DNA of 32,000 nt, from NCBI RefSeq assembly GCF_000341395.1, contig NC_020304.1:180001-212000 (forward strand). Direction: 5' to 3'. Source of the stretch: Desulfocapsa sulfexigens DSM 10523 (lineage in GTDB: Bacteria > Desulfobacterota > Desulfobulbia > Desulfobulbales > Desulfocapsaceae). Both the position numbers and the translations under genes were made by a program. Positions 26,876-32,000 of the stretch are shown here, one piece after another (the first letter of the stretch is position 1; each line of letters starts with the position of its first letter). Below the pieces are notes generated by a model. It worked only from the letters and a program-made list of their open reading frames with translations, was not told where the DNA came from and did no database searches.

Positions 26876-27160
26876 ATGAGCCTGAACTACGGCTGGCTAC
26901 CGCTGATCTATGTTGGTCTTTTTGAGATGAGTATTACCTTTGCCCTCTGGCTGACAGCCCTGCAATTGGCCGCTTCGGCAGCCAGAATAGGAATTCTTAT
27001 CTATATAACCCCGTTTTTTTCTCTTCTAATCCTGAAAACCGTTGTGGAAGAACAGATCCATCCAGCCACTTTTATCGGAATTGCTTTGATTATCGGCAGT
27101 ATTTTATTCCAGAGCTGGCGACCAGAAGAAAGACAGCAGCACAATAAAACTTCCCTATGA
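26876..27160 (+). pseudogene. EamA/DMT transporter C-terminal fragment (3 TM, 94 aa)
   Basis: MSLNYGWLPLIYVGLFEMSITFALWLTAL...GILIYITPFFSLLIL...FIGIALIIGSILFQSW corresponds only to the last helices of a 10-TM DMT protein. The track start at 26798 runs through the MCP terminator. No Shine-Dalgarno sequence precedes 26876. ATGA overlap with the next gene. Confidence 0.45.
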
Positions 27161-28035
27161 AATATTATCTCTATGCGATGGGGGCAATCCTCTGCTGGGC
27201 AAGCCTTCCGGCCGCCACCGGATCAGGACTGACAGAGCTTTCAACGGAAGAGCTGATGTTCTTCAGTTTTAGCAGTGCAGCTGTTTTCCTCTATGCACAG
27301 GACGTTCTTTTGACACGTTCTTTCACTGTTTATATTCCAAATCTGAAAGCTATTCTGCTCGGAGTCTGGGGTATTTTTATCTACCATTACATCTATTATA
27401 TGGCGCTTGGCCGCGCGCCTTTAGCCGAAGGCGCAATACTGGCCACCACATGGTCATTCTGGATAGTGGTATTTTCTTCGATAATTCTTTTTAGAAAATT
27501 GAAAATCTCCATAGTGATTACTGCTTTTGCGGGAATGATCGGGGTAGGAATTGTTATTGCATCCGGCAAGGATCTCAGCTTCAGCGGTGACTATATGCAG
27601 GGATATCAGCTTGCCCTGGCCTGTGGTCTGATCTGGTCGAGTTTTTCGGTGGCACTCGGCCATGTAAGAATACCAAGAGAGCCGATGACGTTTTTCACCA
27701 TTATAGCAGCCCTCCTTTCAGCTCTGCTCTACGTACTCACCATGCCCCACGGAGTACCGTCACCCAAAGCCATCCGTGCAGCCGTCTATCTCGGCTGTGT
27801 TCCACTGGGCTTATCCTTCTTTTTGTGGAACCGTGCGGTTACCAGGGGAAATATGGTTATAATTGGTTTTCTCAGCTACCTCACCCCGCCCCTTTCAGTT
27901 CTGCTGGTGGCCCTGATTCATGGAACAACGGTTACTTCCCAGGTTCTGCTTGGAATGGCCATTATTATCATGGCTTCAATTGGTGGCCGCTTCGCTCTTT
28001 CACACTCTGGCCGAAGAAAAAAGCCTCTCAGATAA
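27157..28035 (+). CDS. DMT superfamily (EamA) transporter, full length
   Basis: 292 aa, about 10 TM helices, two EamA-like halves. Confidence 0.88.
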   Translation: MKYYLYAMGAILCWASLPAATGSGLTELSTEELMFFSFSSAAVFLYAQDVLLTRSFTVYIPNLKAILLGVWGIFIYHYIYYMALGRAPLAEGAILATTWSFWIVVFSSIILFRKLKISIVITAFAGMIGVGIVIASGKDLSFSGDYMQGYQLALACGLIWSSFSVALGHVRIPREPMTFFTIIAALLSALLYVLTMPHGVPSPKAIRAAVYLGCVPLGLSFFLWNRAVTRGNMVIIGFLSYLTPPLSVLLVALIHGTTVTSQVLLGMAIIIMASIGGRFALSHSGRRKKPLR

Positions 28036-28924
28036 ACAAAGAGAGCAAAGAAAGACTGGCAAAGGACAGGAGAATCCCCCAGCCCACGAGAGCAGCCGTC
28101 AGCCTCGGAGCAAATCCTGCACTCATGGCCATGGCCCCCGCAGTAACCATGGGTGGCATTCCCGCCTCAAAGATGGCAATTCGTGCTTCGGGACCATCAA
28201 GCCCCAGTAGCCGGCAGATCAGAAGAGCTGCAAAGGGAGCAATAAGGAGTTTTGCGATCAGCCCGAAACAAAAGGGGAAGGTCTGGCCCGGTGCCAGTCT
28301 GATTTTCAGCTGCAAGCCAATGGCAAACATAACCACGGGAACCAACGAAGAGGCAATGAGAGACAGACTCCCTGCAATCGCCGGATGCTGCAATGGCTTT
28401 GCTAAAAGAAGAGCAGCAAGTAGCGCCAGAAATGGTGGAAAAGTAAAAATCTTTTTGAGGATGGCGCCTGCACTCTGACGCTGCTGTTCACTGTAGAACG
28501 CCAGCACAAAGGAACCATAGGTTGAGAGAGCAAGAAACGACCCGAACTGATCATAGATTATCCCGTAGGAGACCATCTCTGTGCCCCAGAAAGCCTCGAT
28601 CATTGGAATACCCAGAAATGACGTATTCCCCAGAGGAACCGTAAGAAGAAGCACCACCGTGACTTCACTTGACCAGGCAAAAAGGCGGCTGGCAATAAAG
28701 ACAAGAGCAGCTCCCAGAGACGTCATCAGCCAGGGTATAATAAGAAGAACAAACAGATCTGTTGAAAAGGAGAGCGTAGGTACCTGACGCAGGATAAGGG
28801 CCGGAAGAGCAACCCAGATAACATAGAGGTTCAGGGTCACAGGCGCATTATCGGCAAAAATTGTCAATCTTTGCAACCCCATGCCGACAGCAAGACAGAT
28901 AAAAATAAGAATAAAATTTTCCAT
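28028..28924 (-). CDS. AEC (auxin efflux carrier) family membrane transporter
   Basis: 298 aa polytopic protein. The N-terminus MENFILIFICLAVGMGLQR and the overall pattern are typical of Mem_trans/AEC. It overlaps the DMT gene 3' end by 8 nt (convergent). Confidence 0.85.
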   Translation of the reverse strand: MENFILIFICLAVGMGLQRLTIFADNAPVTLNLYVIWVALPALILRQVPTLSFSTDLFVLLIIPWLMTSLGAALVFIASRLFAWSSEVTVVLLLTVPLGNTSFLGIPMIEAFWGTEMVSYGIIYDQFGSFLALSTYGSFVLAFYSEQQRQSAGAILKKIFTFPPFLALLAALLLAKPLQHPAIAGSLSLIASSLVPVVMFAIGLQLKIRLAPGQTFPFCFGLIAKLLIAPFAALLICRLLGLDGPEARIAIFEAGMPPMVTAGAMAMSAGFAPRLTAALVGWGILLSFASLSLLSLFI

Positions 28925-29020
28925 AAGTCAGAAACTCAATATTTATGATGAAAGACGAAAGATCAGGCGGACGAATTGCAAAATATTTTCACAATCGTCA
29001 GAAATATCGTATAATACACC

Positions 29021-29188
29021 ATGTATAAAATACTTATGAGTGATTCGCCTCAAAAACTTGAACTTGAAGTTCAAAGATATTTAAAAAATGGATGGTCCGT
29101 TGCCGGCGGGGTTGCTATCTCACCTGCATCAATCTATTTCCAGGCGGTATTCAACTCCACCAAAATTAAATTTCATCAAAAGAAATAA
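29021..29188 (+). CDS. Small ORF (55 aa), DUF1737-like
   Basis: ATG..TAA, below the track cutoff. It translates as MYKILMSDSPQKLELEVQRYLKNGWSVAGGVAISPASIYFQAVFNSTKIKFHQKK. The ...L...V...L..GW...GG pattern resembles small DUF1737 proteins. No strong Shine-Dalgarno sequence seen. Confidence 0.35.
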   Translation: MYKILMSDSPQKLELEVQRYLKNGWSVAGGVAISPASIYFQAVFNSTKIKFHQKK

Positions 29189-29491
29189 CCATAAGTCAAC
29201 ACTTACAACATCTCATTACTTCCAATTTCCTAAACGAAACATATCCCGTTTTCATCGACCATCGATGCGCTGAATCCTATAGAGAGTTAAAAAGACCCAA
29301 ATCGGTACACTTCATGGATTGATTCTCGTTGAAGTAATTCCATTTAAGTGGTATTTCTCTGGTCTAAGTGCAATGATATTGCTGGAATTACCTTTTTTCA
29401 AATTCACAGTATCCTTAGTAAATGTTCTCCATGTCAATTATGTTTTTTACTGTGAAACTGTGACTTCCCTTTCTTTTATACTCTAACAGTT

Positions 29492-31612
29492 ATGGATATA
29501 GCGCCACAACAACACTGGACTCTACGAAAACAGTTACGAACGCTCTTCCTGCTCGCTCTCACCTTTGTTGCATTTTGCTTTCTCTTTGGGTTATGGCGCG
29601 TTCAGCAATTCAATCACCACCGTATGGAGATCCAGAATTCCTCCCTGAGACTGCAGCAAAATCTCAAAGCCAATTTTGACAAGACAAAAGCTATTGGCCG
29701 TATTCAAACCCAGTTGCGTCTCTACATGCAATCCGGAAAAAAGGAGCACCTCAGCGAAACCAAAAGTGAAGCAGAAGCTCTTCTTGAAGAAATCACAGAA
29801 GAAAACAAGAATATACTTCTTCAGTTCCTTAAAAAGGTTGATATCCTTGAGGTACGACTTGACAGCCTGAGTGAAAATAATATCAAAATTTTTCAGGCCG
29901 AAAAAAATATCCTGACCAAATCTGGTCAAATTATCAAAACATTGCCCCCAGAGCAGTACTTCAAGTTACGTGCTGTTGTGAGCGACGCCTGCCTTGAGCA
30001 TCACCATCTCTATGTAACGTCCATCATAAGCAACCAAAGTGATACCCTGATTCGAATTCAGCAGCAATTCTCCGAGTTATATGATGAGGTGGACAAACAG
30101 CTTGTGGCATTGATGGCTGTGCTTCCAGAATCTTCCCGTGCCGGAATGGAAAGCCTTCGTGATGAATATTTCACCCTTGAAGATGGTGTACAGACTGTAA
30201 CTTCAATCCGTATCACCATTACTGAAACTCAGAATCAGACAGTGAAGGTTCTGGAACAGATCAATTCTGCCATAACCACAACATCACTGGATCAGGAGGG
30301 AGAGTCTGCTCGTCTCATGGCTGACGGTCTCAGCCTGGCTCAAAGAAATCTGGTTATAATGTCAGTAAGTCTTGTGCTTGCCGCGCTCATGTTCGCGATC
30401 ATCGCCTTTTTCCTCCATACCAGAATGATCAGGCCACTGGTCGATTTTATTGAACTGCTGCGCCGCATGACAGCACTTCTTGCCGGAATGCGGACAAAAC
30501 AGGTATCCGAAGATGAAAACTTCCTCTCTCTTTCCAATATGTCAGACAAACGCCATGATGAGATCGGGGAAGTAGCCGAGGCAGTCAAACGACTGATTCT
30601 GCGTTTACGTGAACTATCCATATTCAGGCAGACCATTGAAGCTGATGAGATGACAAGCGAAATTTATACCCGCCTGGCTCGAATTTTTATGCATAAGCTG
30701 GGGCTTGATACGTTTATCATTTACGAAAAAAATTCAAAATCAAAGGGGATGCTCCCTATCTACTGTCAACCTCCTGAGATCGAGGAGGACTTACCGGACT
30801 TCAGTGTAGCTGACAGGTGTCGGGCACAGCGAACCGGAACCCTTATTACCTCTCAGGATGATCTTTTAATCTGCAAGCAGTTTCCTCTTCATGATGTAAT
30901 GCATCATGTTTGTATTCCCATGATGGTAGGTGGACAGGTCATTGGTGTGGTGCAGTTTTTGTATTCAATAGATCTTTCCCGGAGTGAGCACCTGAAAATC
31001 ACGAGGGCTATTGAAGAGGCTCGACACTATATTCTTGAAGCCCTGCCGGTGCTGCAGAGCAAACATCTTGCAGAAAAGCTTGAAGAGATGGCAACAGAGG
31101 ATCAGCTCACCGGATTATATAACAGGCGCTATCTTGAATCGTCCCTTGAACAGATCGTAGCCGGTGTACAGCGACGTCAGACAAAGCTTGGAGTTCTGAT
31201 GTGTGATATGGACTATTTTAAACAGGTAAACGACAATTACGGACATGACGCCGGCGATGCAGTACTTATCCAGTTGGCTCAACTGTTGTCCGATTCTGTC
31301 AGAAAATCTGATATGGTTATTCGTTTTGGAGGGGAGGAATTTCTTATTCTGCTGGTTGATTGCCAGGATTCCCAGGCAGCTCAGCTAGGAGAAAAAGTAC
31401 GAAAAGTAGTCGAGGAGCACAAGTTCCAGATCGGTGGTCAGTCCATACAAAAAACTTTGAGTATTGGGGTCTCGGAATTCCCCATTGACTCCGCCAAAGG
31501 AATCTGGGAAGTGATCAAACACGCTGATGTTGCACTTTACAAGGCTAAGGAACAGGGAAGAAACAGGGTGGTTGAATTCAACCTGGAAATGTGGCCCGGT
31601 GATTCCTACTAA
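29492..31612 (+). CDS. Diguanylate cyclase (helical periplasmic sensor - TM - HAMP-like - GAF - GGDEF)
   Basis: DQLTGLYNRRYL, active site RFGGEEF with an I-site RKSD 5 residues upstream, and a terminal ALYKAKEQGRNRV. Two TM helices bound a sensor of about 270 aa. Confidence 0.92.
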   Translation: MDIAPQQHWTLRKQLRTLFLLALTFVAFCFLFGLWRVQQFNHHRMEIQNSSLRLQQNLKANFDKTKAIGRIQTQLRLYMQSGKKEHLSETKSEAEALLEEITEENKNILLQFLKKVDILEVRLDSLSENNIKIFQAEKNILTKSGQIIKTLPPEQYFKLRAVVSDACLEHHHLYVTSIISNQSDTLIRIQQQFSELYDEVDKQLVALMAVLPESSRAGMESLRDEYFTLEDGVQTVTSIRITITETQNQTVKVLEQINSAITTTSLDQEGESARLMADGLSLAQRNLVIMSVSLVLAALMFAIIAFFLHTRMIRPLVDFIELLRRMTALLAGMRTKQVSEDENFLSLSNMSDKRHDEIGEVAEAVKRLILRLRELSIFRQTIEADEMTSEIYTRLARIFMHKLGLDTFIIYEKNSKSKGMLPIYCQPPEIEEDLPDFSVADRCRAQRTGTLITSQDDLLICKQFPLHDVMHHVCIPMMVGGQVIGVVQFLYSIDLSRSEHLKITRAIEEARHYILEALPVLQSKHLAEKLEEMATEDQLTGLYNRRYLESSLEQIVAGVQRRQTKLGVLMCDMDYFKQVNDNYGHDAGDAVLIQLAQLLSDSVRKSDMVIRFGGEEFLILLVDCQDSQAAQLGEKVRKVVEEHKFQIGGQSIQKTLSIGVSEFPIDSAKGIWEVIKHADVALYKAKEQGRNRVVEFNLEMWPGDSY

Positions 31613-31692
31613 CAGCCGTTACAGGCTCAACAACACCCCCGTATTAATAATTTGACTGCATACCAAGCGCAGCCATTTTTGTTCGTCATCAG

Positions 31693-31745
31693 AATCCCCC
31701 TGCCCATATCAGATATGATCTGCACAGGGGGATTTTCTTTTATTC
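31693..31745 (+). terminator. Hairpin terminator between convergent genes
   Basis: AATCCCCCTG (31693-31702) pairs with CAGGGGGATT (31725-31734), followed by TTTCTTTTATT. The loop is long (22 nt), so confidence is moderate. Confidence 0.55.
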
Positions 31746-31794
31746 CATCCTGATTCTCCAGCCATTTGTCCGACTAGATACTCAAAAGGACGGA

Positions 31795-32000
31795 CTAGAA
31801 GCGGACATCCATCAGAAAATAGTAGTTATCAAGGGTTGCATCAGACTCAATGGGGGCACCAATATGCTGTCCACTCCCGCTGTAATCGTAATCAATATGG
31901 ATATATCCTGCTCTGAAGAACAGGTACCTGTTTATCGGCTGGATGTAATAGAGATCATAGACACTGCCCCTGGTTGCCAGTTTGTTGAAAAGGTCGGGCG
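31795..32000 (-). CDS. Outer-membrane beta-barrel protein, C-terminal end (gene continues beyond the window)
   Basis: The frame is open from the window edge to TAG at 31795-31797. It translates as ...GSVYDLYYIQPINRYLFFRAGYIHIDYDYSGSGQHIGAPIESDATLDNYYFLMDVRF*. It has alternating aromatic/hydrophobic beta-strand periodicity and a terminal Phe, as in OMP C-terminal signatures. Confidence 0.5.
   Translation of the reverse strand, partial: PDLFNKLATRGSVYDLYYIQPINRYLFFRAGYIHIDYDYSGSGQHIGAPIESDATLDNYYFLMDVRF

Noticed and set aside
1-32000. Looked for CRISPR arrays, IS elements/transposases, integrases, prophage genes, tRNA/rRNA genes, toxin-antitoxin pairs and known defence-system proteins.
   Set aside because: I saw no regularly spaced direct repeats, no DDE/serine/tyrosine recombinase motifs, no cloverleaf-sized conserved segments in the intergenic spacers and no nuclease/helicase/TIR/SIR2-type ORFs other than housekeeping sbcB. 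A tRNAscan/Infernal run would be needed to exclude small RNAs formally.

Overview
The window looks like an ordinary chromosomal segment of a moderate-GC anaerobe. The protein content is Desulfobacterota-like, but that is inference only. It is densely coded on both strands, and I found no rRNA, tRNA, CRISPR array, transposase or integrase. From left to right it contains the following. (1) The tail of a type II PKS/FAS-like lipid cluster: the 3' end of a ketosynthase, a 4HBT thioesterase and a stand-alone PKS-type dehydratase, all translationally coupled, followed by a small membrane protein and a GT25-like glycosyltransferase. (2) A PAS hybrid histidine kinase and a periplasmic binding protein. 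(3) A tightly coupled operon: an MMPL exporter fused to a SAM methyltransferase, a cytoplasmic molybdopterin oxidoreductase and a membrane-anchored NodB deacetylase. An amidohydrolase / FMN-reductase pair converges on it. (4) sbcB. (5) A second-messenger neighbourhood: a REC-adenylate cyclase, a 2TM K+ channel with tandem RCK domains and a PilZ-like protein. (6) A minus-strand run: pdxH, a nitroreductase, a DUF45 HExxH hydrolase, a novel secreted Cys-rich repeat protein, an hgcB-like ferredoxin remnant, a rhodanese/di-iron fusion, a frameshifted livF-like remnant and a small EF-hand protein. (7) An MCP, a truncated EamA fragment, a full DMT transporter, an AEC transporter, a small DUF1737-like ORF, a GAF-GGDEF diguanylate cyclase and the 3' end of an outer-membrane beta-barrel gene. 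The items most worth follow-up are the MMPL-methyltransferase / Mo-enzyme / deacetylase operon, the orphan hgcB-like fragment, the Cys-rich repeat protein carrying a G8 tract, and the K+ channel/PilZ pair. All calls rest on motif reading of the supplied translations and the DNA; no database search was possible.
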